A DNA stretch of 56,579 nucleotides, the filler included, from Squatina squatina (taxonomy: Eukaryota): the NCBI GenBank assembly GCA_031763465.1. It is 3 parts of 2 records of this genome, joined end to end, with 100 filler letters (N's around TTAATTAATTAA, not from the genome) between each part and the next. Parts side by side here need not be neighbours in the genome. Positions count along the whole stretch, not along the records: positions 27,791 to 40,351 come from JARFOE010000016.1; positions 40,452 to 56,579 come from JARFOE010000080.1; 1 more part is not named here. One strand, 5' to 3'. A program made the translations under genes and the position numbers. The notes beneath the pieces were generated by a model. That model was given only the letters and a program-made list of their open reading frames with translations, was not told the DNA's origin and ran no database searches. Positions 39,360-51,616 of this stretch are shown here, in pieces; the first letter of the stretch is position 1, and each line of letters begins with the position of its first letter.

Positions 39360-39880
39360 AGTTTTGCTGTGGGAATCCCCTATCTGACATATTTGGAAGA
39401 GGAGTGTGCCAAGTAGGCTTGGCTGCACTAGAGATGCTCCGTGCACATCCATTGATACGCAACCGCATCTTAGATGCAGATGAACATACCTCACTTTGGG
39501 AGATGATTAGTGTTGGTGAGGTTCCTCTTCTGCTAAGAGATGTGAAAACCTAATTAACTGCCATGTTGGATGCGTGTTTGGAAGCCCCCAATCACAGTAT
39601 GTCGTGCTCTCAGTCGTACTTCATGAAAGAAGACATGCCGGGGAGACCAGCAGTCGCCAGACCTGGACTGTCTGCATGCTATCTACCATATATGAAGCCC
39701 CTAGCACACTTATCTGACATTCATTGAGGACAACTGTCTTCTCGGGAGTCCAGCATTTCAAAAAGGCGCTTGCAAACCATCAAACACATGTACAGGCAGT
39801 CGACATGGTGGTCCCGAATATTCTCCAAATGATGGCTGAGTTGGAGAATTCCATTATCTGCACCTGCGGCACTGTGATGG
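39360..39880 (-). mobile_element. Ancient RTE-like LINE RT C-terminal remnant
   Basis: Ordered but very degenerate motifs on the minus strand: ASAF, KYD*E (LYGxE), HIS*QKRNLTN (ISWQ..TN), W...MSDRGFPQQ (RMxDxRxPKQ). Confidence 0.4.
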
Positions 39881-40096
39881 ATGTGTGAACAGTCCTGGAA
39901 TCAACCCTGCAGTACCTGGCAGTTTCAATGTGCTCGGGAGAAGAGACCCTCCTTCCACAGGGGTTCTAAGGACAGTTGTCACTTCTGCTATTGTTGCTGC
40001 GAGTGTTTCAATCGATGCTTTGATAGCTGTGGAGACATGTCAGCACATGAATGAATTGTTGTGCCCTGGTCAGTATTTATCCCACAATCACCATCA

Positions 40097-40351
40097 CTAA
40101 AACTGAGAGGTGTAGAGAAACAGGGGGACCTTGGAGTGCGTGTCCACAGATCCTTGAAGGTAGCAGGACAGGTAGATAAGGTGGTCAAGAAGGCATACGG
40201 GATTCTTGCCTTTATTAGCTGAGGCATAGAATATAAGAGCAGGCAGGTTATGCTTGAACTGTACAAAACACTAGTTAGGCTACAGCCAGAGTACTGCGTG
40301 CAGTTCTGGTCACCACATTACAGGAAAGATGTGATTGCACTGGAGAGGGTA
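40097..40351 (+). mobile_element. CR1 LINE ORF2 C-terminal fragment
   Basis: QGDLGVRVHRSLKVAGQVDKVVKKAYGILAFIS*GIEYKSRQVMLELYKTLVRLQPEYCVQFWSPHYRKDVIALERV. Confidence 0.9.
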
Positions 40352-40451
40352 NNNNNNNNNNNNNNNNNNNNNNNNNNNNNNNNNNNNNNNNNNNNTTAAT
40401 TAATTAANNNNNNNNNNNNNNNNNNNNNNNNNNNNNNNNNNNNNNNNNNNN
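40352..40451. other. Artificial scaffolding spacer N44-TTAATTAATTAA-N44
   Basis: Identical construction, 12-mer at 40396-40407. Confidence 0.92.
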
Positions 40452-43182
40452 ATCTATTTGTTATACATCACTATTACCTTTTACAACTCTTAGTCCAGCA
40501 AGCTTGTATCACTACTTTAGCTCCAAAGGTAAAAGAACATTAGCATTCCTCAGTGAACCTCCCACTAATCAGCACAGCCTGGTATATAAGGGTGTTCTAC
40601 AAGTGTACTCATATAACCGCCTTCAAGAGGTTGAATTAAGTCAGACCATAATGAATCCTGCATAACCCTGCTGTGTCCTCACATATTGCAGACAGACCTG
40701 AAGCATACAAATTGTAAGTGTAGTGCATTAGTGCCAGAAAGCCCCAACAATTGATGGTCAGCTAGATATGTGACTTGCCTGCTGTTTGTCCCCCTTGTAA
40801 TTTTTAATTTGAAATGGCTGAAAGAGTTGGAATCCATGATACTTTTAAGCATTGCCATCAACTAAAAGCTGCATGAGGAGAAATCTGGTCTTTATTGGCA
40901 AATGCAGTGGCCAGATCCATTGAGGCTAGGGGCATAGTGCTGGCACAATCTGCAAAGACTGCAGCACAAAAGGTAAAAGTNNNNNNNNNNNNNNNNNNNN
41001 NNNNNNNNNNNNNNNNNNNNNNNNNNNNNNNNNNNNNNNNNNNNNNNNNNNNNNNNNNNNNNNNNNNNNNNNNNNNNNNNNNNNNNNNNNNNNNNNNNNN
41101 NNNNNNNNNNNNNNNNNNNNNNNNNNNNNNNNNNNNNNNNNNNNNNNNNNNNNNNNNNNNNNNNNNNNNNNNNNNNNNNNNNNNNNNNNNNNNNNNNNNN
41201 NNNNNNNNNNNNNNNNNNNNNNNNNNNNNNNNNNNNNNNNNNNNNNNNNNNNNNNNNNNNNNNNNNNNNNNNNNNNNNNNNNNNNNNNNNNNNNNNNNNN
41301 NNNNNNNNNNNNNNNNNNNNNNNNNNNNNNNNNNNNNNNNNNNNNNNNNNNNNNNNNNNNNNNNNNNNNNNNNNNNNNNNNNNNNNNNNNNNNNNNNNNN
41401 NNNNNNNNNNNNNNNNNNNNNNNNNNNNNNNNNNNNNNNNNNNNNNNNNNNNNNNNNNNNNNNNNNNNNNNNNNNNNNNNNNNNNNNNNNNNNNNNNNNN
41501 NNNNNNNNNNNNNNNNNNNNNNNNNNNNNNNNNNNNNNNNNNNNNNNNNNNGTGCCTTACGACTAATAATCATTTGAAAGAGCTACAGGCATTTAAGGCA
41601 ATAGGACCCAATGACAATTACAACAAGAACCTAACTGCCTCTTCTTGACAAATTTCCACAGCAGTTTCAGTAAGTTCGATAGATTTTACATTGCATTGTA
41701 ACTCTGGTTGACAATATTGTTTTAAAATAAAGTGAGGGCTGCAGTCTGTGTGCTCTACCCAAACTCTGGGATCTTATACTTCCAATAGTACAGTTTTCAT
41801 TTTTAGTTCCTGTCATTTGAGCTGCAAAAAATTGAATGCCAAGTTAATTTGACTGACGTGTTGCCTTTCTATCAAATTTCATCCCTGCAGGTAGAGGAAG
41901 TAACAGGGCTCTTTGTTACCAACCTCAGTTTTGGACACAGTGATACAGAGGCAAATGGACAGGGGCATCCTAATTCCAGCGAGTCTTTTCAGGTGTCACT
42001 GAAAGTGTGATTGTCTGTGCCCCTTTAAATGTTACTTTTACCACAGTGACTACAGTAGAAATGGGTGCTTGAAGAATTCAAACTAATGCACCACAGAGTT
42101 GCAGTTGTTCAGAGCCAATATTCAGAAAGGCTGTTAAATACGTTTTTGCAAAGACCTAAAATACCACAAGAATCTTCAGCATTCTGTCTAAGGCTATGGA
42201 AAAGTCACACATTTCTCAGTCCAAAAGAAAACATTTTTCAGTAAAACTATGTTAAAAACTATTTTGTAATAATTAGTATGAAACAGGATTTTCTTTTTAA
42301 TTTAATGTCCATTACTCAATTTTTTTTAAGAGTTCCCCAATTTCTTGGTAAACTGTAATACTTAAAAGGAACACTGGTCCTGATAACACTTTACCAATGA
42401 ACACAGGCCCGGGTATTTTACTACCAAAATCCGTTTAAAACTGCAGTCTTTTGGTAATAAATTATACAACAGCAACAGTTAGAGATGTCTTATTTTTGAG
42501 ATGCAGAATAAGCCAGATACCCAGTATTAACATGGAACTGTGAAACTGCGTTTGACAGAATTGGATATGAAAGAGACAAAGTAAAATCTGAAGACCCAAC
42601 TTTATCTTTAATCCACGAGGGGGTAAGGGCGGAGGAGAGGGAGAAAGCCATGAAACAAGCAGTCNNNNNNNNNNNNNNNNNNNNNNNNNNNNNNNNNNNN
42701 NNNNNNNNNNNNNNNNNNNNNNNNNNNNNNNNNNNNNNNNNNNNNNNNNNNNNNNNNNNNNNNNNNNNNNNNNNNNNNNNNNNNNNNNNNNNNNNNNNNN
42801 NNNNNNNNNNNNNNNNNNNNNNNNNNNNNNNNNNNNNNNNNNNNNNNNNNNNNNNNNNNNNNNNNNNNNNNNNNNNNNNNNNNNNNNNNNNNNNNNNNNN
42901 NNNNNNNNNNNNNNNNNNNNNNNNNNNNNNNNNNNNNNNNNNNNNNNNNNNNNNNNNNNNNNNNNNNNNNNNNNNNNNNNNNNNNNNNNNNNNNNNNNNN
43001 NNNNNNGGTAGGGAGTCCGTATCCAATCCCCCACCCACTTTACCGGCAAATCACTGTTGCTGAGGGGTTGATGCTCTGGACTGGTGGATGCTGGTATATC
43101 CTCAGGTGTGGAGGGGCCAGGTTATCCAGGTTATGAAAACCAACCGGAAATTATTGGCTTTCTTCCTCTGTTGCTTAGATTA

Positions 43183-43188
43183 TTTATT
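43183..43188 (-). terminator. Candidate proximal polyadenylation signal AATAAA for FGF9
   Basis: First minus-strand AATAAA I found after the stop, ~320 nt downstream. Motif only. Confidence 0.3.
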
Positions 43189-43508
43189 AAGATTGTGTAG
43201 ATAGAATATTTAAAGTACCTGGTGGAGTATTAAAAGTTCCACCTTGAATTGCAGGACAGGGGGCCACAAACTGGGAAAAGACTGATGATAGGACGTCCCT
43301 CAGTAGACAGAGTAATATCCGGAATGGACCTCAGAAGTGGAAATGGAGGCAAAAACCAGGTGGTTTGAGGCTGTGGTGGGGGTGCCGAGGTCTCCATGGA
43401 AGGTGATCTGGATGGGGTCCTCTGCCTCTCTCACATCGTTTAGAACCCACCACATGAACCCATTATAGTGGTTGCTTTTCAGTGGTCCAAACTTAAGGAT
43501 TGTCTTCA

Positions 43509-43808
<300 letters not shown>

Positions 43809-44069
43809 TCATCAAACATACTATACAATCAGTGCCTGTTAACTGGATAGATTAAGGTGTCAGGTAACTTTGAATTATCTTCCCAGGATGGAGACCTGGT
43901 GGAGCTGATTGTCCGCTTGTTGTAGAACCTGCCAGATTTTCAACTCATTGAAATAAATGGGATAAAAATNNNNNNNNNNNNNNNNNNNNNNNNNNNNNNN
44001 NNNNNNNNNNNNNNNNNNNNNNNNNNNNNNNNNNNNNNNNNNNNNNNNNNNNNNNNNNNNNNNNNNNNN

Positions 44070-44135
44070 GTCCCTGCTTTCTCCCCATATCCCCTGATCC
44101 CTTTAGCCTTAAGAACTATATCTAATTCCTTCTTC
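44070..44135 (-). mobile_element. CR1 3' fragment in FGF9 intron
   Basis: KKELDIVLKAKGIRGYGEKAG. Confidence 0.7.
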
Positions 44136-47100
44136 ACAACCTGATACCTGGACAAAGTAGCGAGATTGATTTTAACATTTTAACACCCCATACTGCCAAT
44201 TATGTCAAAAGGTTTACAATATTCTTTGTTGAAGACACTGTGCAGGCTCTGTCTATTTTGTGCTATTCAACCATTAAAGTATCACAGTCAGGCCCGAACT
44301 TAGTTCTCCCCTAAAATTCAGTCACACACACTTTCTATTAGGAGTCGACTGAACAACAGTCAGGAACTCCAGTTTATTTTATTCCCCATCCCAATGTTAA
44401 TTTCAGCACCAAAGTGCTCTTGCAGCTTGGATCAGGTAACAGGAAAGAGGGACCAAACCAGGGACCATCCTGGTCTAAATGGCTCAACACCACAGTGGAT
44501 GTACTTACTAAAATATCAGTCAGCATGAAGAAACACTACTACAGGATTCATTTATTTCATTATTTTAAATGTTTTCTTTGTTTCAAAATAGTCTGGTGTT
44601 CTAAAATGCTATAGTTGTCTAATTATTTGTGTGCTTGTGTATTTATGCTGCAATAACAATGATGTGTGCTATTTCCAAAATGCAATTCATGGCAAAGTTA
44701 CATTTTGAATGTCATTATATTAAACAGAAACATTTCAAAAAGCAATTTACTTCAATTTATTTAAGTGCTGCTCCAACTCTATTATCATAAAAGGTAGTGG
44801 TGTGCATTCAATCAGTGAAATGTCACAATTGGCGGCACTCTGCATTAATAGCACTGTCTGTATTAGAAATCTATTTGGCTTTTTATTATTAGTAATGTTG
44901 TTATTCTGTTCTGAAAGACCCTGGATAGCAAACAGGAGCAGGGAGCAGTTTTATCTCATTTGTAATTTGTGCTTTTGGTGTAATGTGTTTAGGAATCCAG
45001 AAGGTGGCATTTATTTAGTGAGGTTGCAGGATGTGATATGCTTGAACGGATCATGCATTACAGTAATGCACACAGATTAGATGCAGCATTTCACAGCAGN
45101 NNNNNNNNNNNNNNNNNNNNNNNNNNNNNNNNNNNNNNNNNNNNNNNNNNNNNNNNNNNNNNNNNNNNNNNNNNNNNNNNNNNNNNNNNNNNNNNNNNNA
45201 GCTACAACTCTCTGTTAGTGAATTGAGCAGAAGTGCCCCATTTACACCATCGGCTCTTAGCTGAAATGTTATTTTTGTGTACTGGTTTATAATGTAGTTT
45301 GCATTCTTAAATCAGATGCAGTATTTATAATCACATCAAACCGGCATTTATATATAAGGGGGAAAATTCCAATAAATAGTTGGTGACTAGAACAGGCAAC
45401 AAGTGGACTGGAATGGATACAGTAAGCAGAGTTCCAATGGCAATGGAGTGGAATATGGCAACAAATCTGTTGGGCATTTCCATTACACTGCCTCCGAATT
45501 GGTCTTTCCACTCAACCTCCTACTGAGGCAGGTTTACTTTATGCTGTCACTATTGCACAATTCAAAATTCAATGAGTTTACATTGGCAAACCAATGTGAA
45601 ATTTAAGCAGTCCACTATGACTTCCAATTTCAAGAGTACATGGGGTTATAAGGTGACCTTGCATTATTTTCTTTTTCTGCAGCTTATGCTACTAATCACT
45701 AGTTAANNNNNNNNNNNNNNNNNNNNNNNNNNNNNNNNNNNNNNNNNNNNNNNNNNNNNNNNNNNNNNNNNNNNNNNNNNNNNNNNNNNNNNNNNNNNNN
45801 NNNNNNGGAAATATCAATGCCACTCCCAATATATTAACAGTAAGCACAGAATATGTGACTTCAAAAAATGGAGTGAGATCACAGGACGCCTGCGTCGATT
45901 ACCTTCAGTTATTGCATAAATGATGAATGACTTCGGGCGCGTCTAGTCTTATTGTTCCCATTGTTATCCCAATGCTAGATTAAATGATATACTAAAAATA
46001 AAATTACGTGTATCTATAAGAGGATAAATCTGGTTAATTGAAAGCATATGGTCGAATGAATAACGGGTATGGAGGAAAACAATATGTAATACACATTAGT
46101 ACAAAGGTATTAAACCTGGAACGCCCCCATAATAAACTCGTCCCCCTCGTGGTCCTAGCGCCGGCAATCCGCGTGTTCAGAGCTTTATAGGCCTTGATTC
46201 TAGTGCTAAATCCCCATAAGCAATTGCAATGGAAAATAAAATGCAATGTTTTATCCAATTTCAATCAGCTATATATCCGAACTTTGGTGCATTTAAATCA
46301 ATAATGAGACTAAATAAAAGCTGAGGTTTGAACTTCACAATCATTGTGAAATTTTGAATTAATTTTAATTAAAAAGGTGGTGTTTATTCAGAACACGTCC
46401 ATCTGCTGAATATTTCGTCAGCTTCTGTACGCGGTAGTTTTGCTGACACAAAAGACACGCCTACACTTTCCAGTTACTGAATTTCCCAGTGGAGCTCAAT
46501 CTGGAAAGTGTCCTCAATCGAAGAATGTTACATTAAGCATTCAGCGGTAGACGTGTGTGCAGCTTGCAAGTCAAAGCTCGCCTTATAAACTCAACAATTG
46601 TACAAGGCAGCAAAGGATACGCTGCAGCTACTGATGCATATCGAGCGGTTGAGACCTTGCAGAAAAAAAATGCTGCACATTGCCAAAACGCNNNNNNNNN
46701 NNNNNNNNNNNNNNNNNNNNNNNNNNNNNNNNNNNNNNNNNNNNNNNNNNNNNNNNNNNNNNNNNNNNNNNNNNNNNNNNNNNNNNNNNNNNNNNNNNNN
46801 NNNNNNNNNNNNNNNNNNNNNNNNNNNNNNNNNNNNNNNNNNNNNNNNNNNNNNNNNNNNNNNNNNNNNNNNNNNNNNNNNNNNNNNNNNNNNNNNNNNN
46901 NNNNNNNNNNNNNNNNNNNNNNNNNNNNNNNNNNNNNNNNNNNNNNNNNNNNNNNNNNNNNNNNNNNNNNNNNNNNNNNNNNNNNNNNNNNNNNNNNNNN
47001 NNNNNNNNNNNNNNNNNNNNNNNNNNNNNNNNNNNNNNNNNNNNNNNNNNNNNNNNNNNNNNNNNNNNNNNNNNNNNNNNNNNNNNNNNNNNNNNNNNNN

Positions 47101-48339
47101 NNNNNNNNNNNNNNNNNNNNNNNNNNNNNNNNNNNNNNNNNNNNNNNNNNNNNNNNNNNNNNNNNNNNNNNNNNNNNNNNNNNNNNNNNNNNNNNNNNNN
47201 NNNNNNNNNNNNNNNNNNNNNNNNNNNNNNNNCTGCCAGTGGAGAGAGGCCTCACAACATTCATCCTGTTAATCTCAATGCAAAAAATTGAGACTCGAAC
47301 ACACTTGCCAGAATATGACAGCCACTTCTTTTACTTCATTTCATGCTTGAATTGAAGATCAGAGGGAGCTTGGAAACAGATATTTTGTATCGAACTTCAC
47401 CGTCTCTAATACAGTGAATAGAGAGTGCAGTGCACAATTCTATATTCCCTGTTGATGATGTCCCAGAAACAGAAACCCATGGTGTCACAAGAGTTGTTCT
47501 GTGCAACAAAGCTGTTTGCTAGATGTTCTAATCAGCAGTGTCTGAGTGCTGAACAAGAGATAACCAAAGCAATAGTTCAATCTACAGGTGTCTCGCTTAG
47601 TAAAATTTAAGGCAATTCTTATGCTGAATAAATTGCATGTATTACAAATAGAATTTTCAGAGTTAAACCCTAAATATATTTGAACCTTGTATTACAGGTG
47701 AACTCCTTTTCTTTCATGAAAGATAAATCTTTATAATGACATTCATTGCATTAGTTGTGCCCCATTGAGATCTTGTTTACTAAAGCGGTATGATCTAACA
47801 ACTTAGCTGTGTTGAAATCAATAGTACTCTTGAAGTTTAGCATAGCTAGCAATTGAAATCCAGTCAGCTTTTGAGGTATTACCATGAAATATTTGCTAAA
47901 CTTAATTTGAAACAATTGTCTTCCTTGTACTGCTCATGCCCCAGGTTTGCAATCTTGGTGTAATTGCACTGTACAAGAACAGATGAAAATCAACTTTTTT
48001 TTGAACTCCATACAGTTTACACATTCCTGTTGTCACCCTAATCTCTGTGGGCAGAACTGAATGGATCGCAGACAAACCTCAGCTTCATATAAAGTGCTAG
48101 AAAAAACGATCTTTTAAAATCTTTGTGCTCTTTCTACTGAACAATGAATTGGTTATTCTGACAAATAATATTTAGCTGTTCTGTAGTAATGTTAGCTTAA
48201 GTGCTCATACTGCTGACACTAAAATACATTTTCCACTGTACTGCTGTGAGGAAGAAAAATAACTTTTATTATGTCAGTTATTTCAAATGAATGAAGTAAA
48301 GACATGAAATGAAAAGGCACAGAGCAAAAGGAATAATGG

Positions 48340-48910
48340 TACACTCAAAGTAAAATGGTACATGTTAAATTATGAAGCAAGTGTAGTGGAAAGAATGAAA
48401 AGGAATTATGAGGACTGAAGGGGAATATAAAAAAAAGGTTAGCAGATCCTATAAAAGGAAATATGAAGAGCTTTTACAAAGAAATAAAAAGTAGAGGAAT
48501 AATTAAAGAGAGAGGATTATCACTCAGGAATAAAGAAGGTAGTCTAATCCTGGAGGATGAAGGTATGGCCGAGTTAATAAATAAATGTTTTGCATTGGTG
48601 AAAGTGGAAACATAGGTGCGGGAGAGGAGGATAAGAATCAATTGATATATCTAACTCCAGAAAAGGAATTAGTGCCGAGAAATAAGCAGAACTCAAGGTG
48701 AATGAGTTATCAGCTCCTGATGTGATCTATCCCAGGCTGTTGAAGGAAGTCAGAGAGGACATGTCAAGATGTTCTGGTCATAATTTTTCGCTCCTTCTTA
48801 AATATGAAATTGTGTTTAAGGACAAGAACGTAGCCAATATAACATCCTTGTTTAAGAAGGGGGAGAATAATAAATCAGGTAACAGTAGACCAATTATGGG
48901 CAAACTCTTG
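48340..48910 (+). mobile_element. Degenerate CR1 ORF2 fragment, antisense within FGF9 intron 1
   Basis: NMKSFYKEI...APDVIYPRLLKEV...VANITSLFKKG...SGNSRP. Confidence 0.75.
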
Positions 48911-49398
48911 GGGCTAGAAATTTCAGTGAGCTAAACTTACCATGCAAGACTGCTTTTACGACAGTACTCTCAGCAGGAAGCTTAATGTAGCATGGCTGTA
49001 GCATCCCCAGAGCAAAAGCAGCATTATCTTAAAGCTAGCCTATCATTTTAGAAAGTTATTTCTCTATTTGTCATCTAAACGAAATTTAGGTCAGATCCTC
49101 GCGTAAACAGGTAGGTATAGACAGAGGCGGATATACCGATACATTTCAAATTAATTTGCCATTACCAGCGGCTATACACCTAAATTAATGCGATGATCCT
49201 ATCATTTAGTCATGTCTGATATTCTTAGATCCATGTTATAGGAATCAAAATACGTTCCGACTGCGGTCCGCTCGCACCGTAGCGCTACGCTGCATTAAAC
49301 TCTTCCATCTGGCATTGTCATGACGAGACAAAAAATCACTAGAAGACGCTTCTTTTATGACCTACTTAAGTGCAATTAGGTGCTTTGTCTCTCTGCTA

Positions 49399-49668
<270 letters not shown>

Positions 49669-49938
49669 NNNNNNNNNNNNNNNNNNNNNNNNNNNNNNNN
49701 NNNNNNNNNNNNNNNNNNNNNNNNNNNNNNNNNNNNNNNNNNNNNNNNNNNNNNNNNNNNNNNNNNNNNNNNNNNNNNNNNNNNNNNNNNNNNNNNNNNN
49801 NNNNNNNNNNNNNNNNNNNNNNNNNNNNNNNNNNNNNNNNNNNNNNNNNNNNNNNNNNNNNNNNNNNNNNNNNNNNNNNNNNNNNNNNNNNNNNNNNNNN
49901 NNNNNNNNNNNNNNNNNNNNNNNNNNNNNNNNNNNNNN

Positions 49939-50442
49939 CCCAGGTCTAGCAGGCTGTTTGATCTTCAGGCGATCCAGCTGCATTGAGAATAAAAATTCGT
50001 AGTTTCTCCATTGGAAGAAGATAACGATGGTCATAGCAACTTAAAACCCGGCGTTATTGGATTTTTTTTTAGATGAACAAGGCTACGTCAGAATTTATGG
50101 ATTCTGACTCCAGAAAGGCATGCGCTGTTTTTACTCTATTAAAGACTGCATACATCAGCATGAATCCTTGAGAAAATATAGATCGCACGTTGCTCGCTGG
50201 GGCAATCCAAAAACTTTGATCTTATTTTTTTCCCAAACGTCACCTTTTTATTATCCAAAGACTTGAGGGAGATCAGGAGAGTGTCTGAGGCTTCAGGCGC
50301 TCGCCTTCATCAGCAGAAAGATCTGCAAGTCCAATGCTGGGTTGCTTGGCTGCCTTGAAACAGGTGTTCCTTACGCAGACCCCACTGTGAAATGTGTGTA
50401 CTATCTGCGTCTGAACTATACTCTCCATAAAGCACGCAGAGT
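49939..50442 (-). promoter_or_regulatory. FGF9: FGF9 5' UTR/leader (visible part) with multiple upstream ATGs
   Basis: Directly upstream of exon 1 and non-repetitive. uATGs at 50161, 50155, 50121, 50034 and 50011. Blocks such as GGATTCATGCTGATG, GAGTAAAAACAGCGCATGCC, AAATTCTGACGTAGCC and AATGGAGAAACTACG match my recollection of the mammalian FGF9 leader. Confidence 0.7.
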
Positions 50443-50475
50443 GGCGCAGGAAAGCAGGCATGGGTTGGGTTTAAG
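50438..50475 (-). promoter_or_regulatory. Putative FGF9 core promoter (TATA-like CTTAAA plus initiator)
   Basis: Minus-strand CCACTCT (Inr YYANWYY, A at 50442) with TTAAA at 50474-50470, about -32 to -28. CpG-enriched surroundings. Confidence 0.45.
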
Positions 50476-51616
50476 GTAGTCTTACCAACGACATATAGGC
50501 TCCTTCTCGGTCCTAGTGCCCATGGGTTACTTGAGGAGAAATTTAACTACTTGAAGCGGCGTGCTGAGCCCTTTTAAACTATATCGGACATATATATTAA
50601 TGCCTCATTAAATTAAAGCTGTTCAGATGATCTCAGCTATTCGAGTGAAAGCACTTTTTGGATTAAGATTATCTTTAACTGATTTTATCAGGGATCAGTA
50701 ACACTGTAGGTAAATTTTCGTATCACTGAGACATCACTTCTGGATTCCCCAAAACTGCAATCAATCAGAATCAAAGAAGACACTCTGGTCGAGATTATGC
50801 TTAACCTTAATAATTGAAAGAATACTATACAGTTGACCAGCAAAATAAATGTGCAATTAAAATGTTTTTGAACTCTTGAAAACTGTTGCAGATGCACACT
50901 TTCTACTCTTCAGAAATACAGCTGTCCAAGAGGGTAAATCTGCATTCAACATCTCACTTCTCGCAGCTCCTTCATGAAAGCTGTAGTTTTGCAAGAATTA
51001 TATGGGAAGGTACCATTAAAATTGACAGCCATCTTTATAAAATATTCTTGACTACTAAAAGCTTCAAAGATGAAGTTTCTTCGGGTTTCTGATAAAAGCT
51101 GGTACATGTTAGAAGTTATATCGCATAAATTGCATTAGGTTTGAAATCTTGTGCAACACTTACAGAGTCGATTTAGGCACCTTTGTGAAGATATCACCTT
51201 CATCTCTTTGGCTACATTGTCTATAAGACAAGCTGCAACCAAAACAATTTCTGCTTAATATTATGCATTTTAGGAATTATATTACTTACCACAACTGTTC
51301 ACATTACCCATAAAAATACACCGAAAATGGGCTTGGACTGAAGGTGATTCATACTTGACAGTATATGAAGCGATGAAGACAGGATGGAAAGTAAGATGTT
51401 CGATGTGTTCAATGGGATGCCACATTTCTGAATAATGTAAAATTCTAGATGTATATTGTTTTACTTAGATACCTGCCCGAACAGTCNNNNNNNNNNNNNN
51501 NNNNNNNNNNNNNNNNNNNNNNNNNNNNNNNNNNNNNNNNNNNNNNNNNNNNNNNNNNNNNNNNNNNNNNNNNNNNNNNNNNNNNNNNNNNNNNNNNNNN
51601 NNNNNNNNNNNNNNNT

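Noticed and set aside
39570-39890. Plus-strand near-open frame with HERRHAGE, resembling a C2H2 zinc-finger linker
   Set aside because: No correctly spaced cysteines and an internal stop; better explained as the antisense of a decayed RTE-like LINE.
47690-47725. Possible FGF9 exon 2 remnant (minus strand MKEKEFT then GTAAT)
   Set aside because: Does not match GMNEKGELYGS and lacks the upstream exon 2 peptide.
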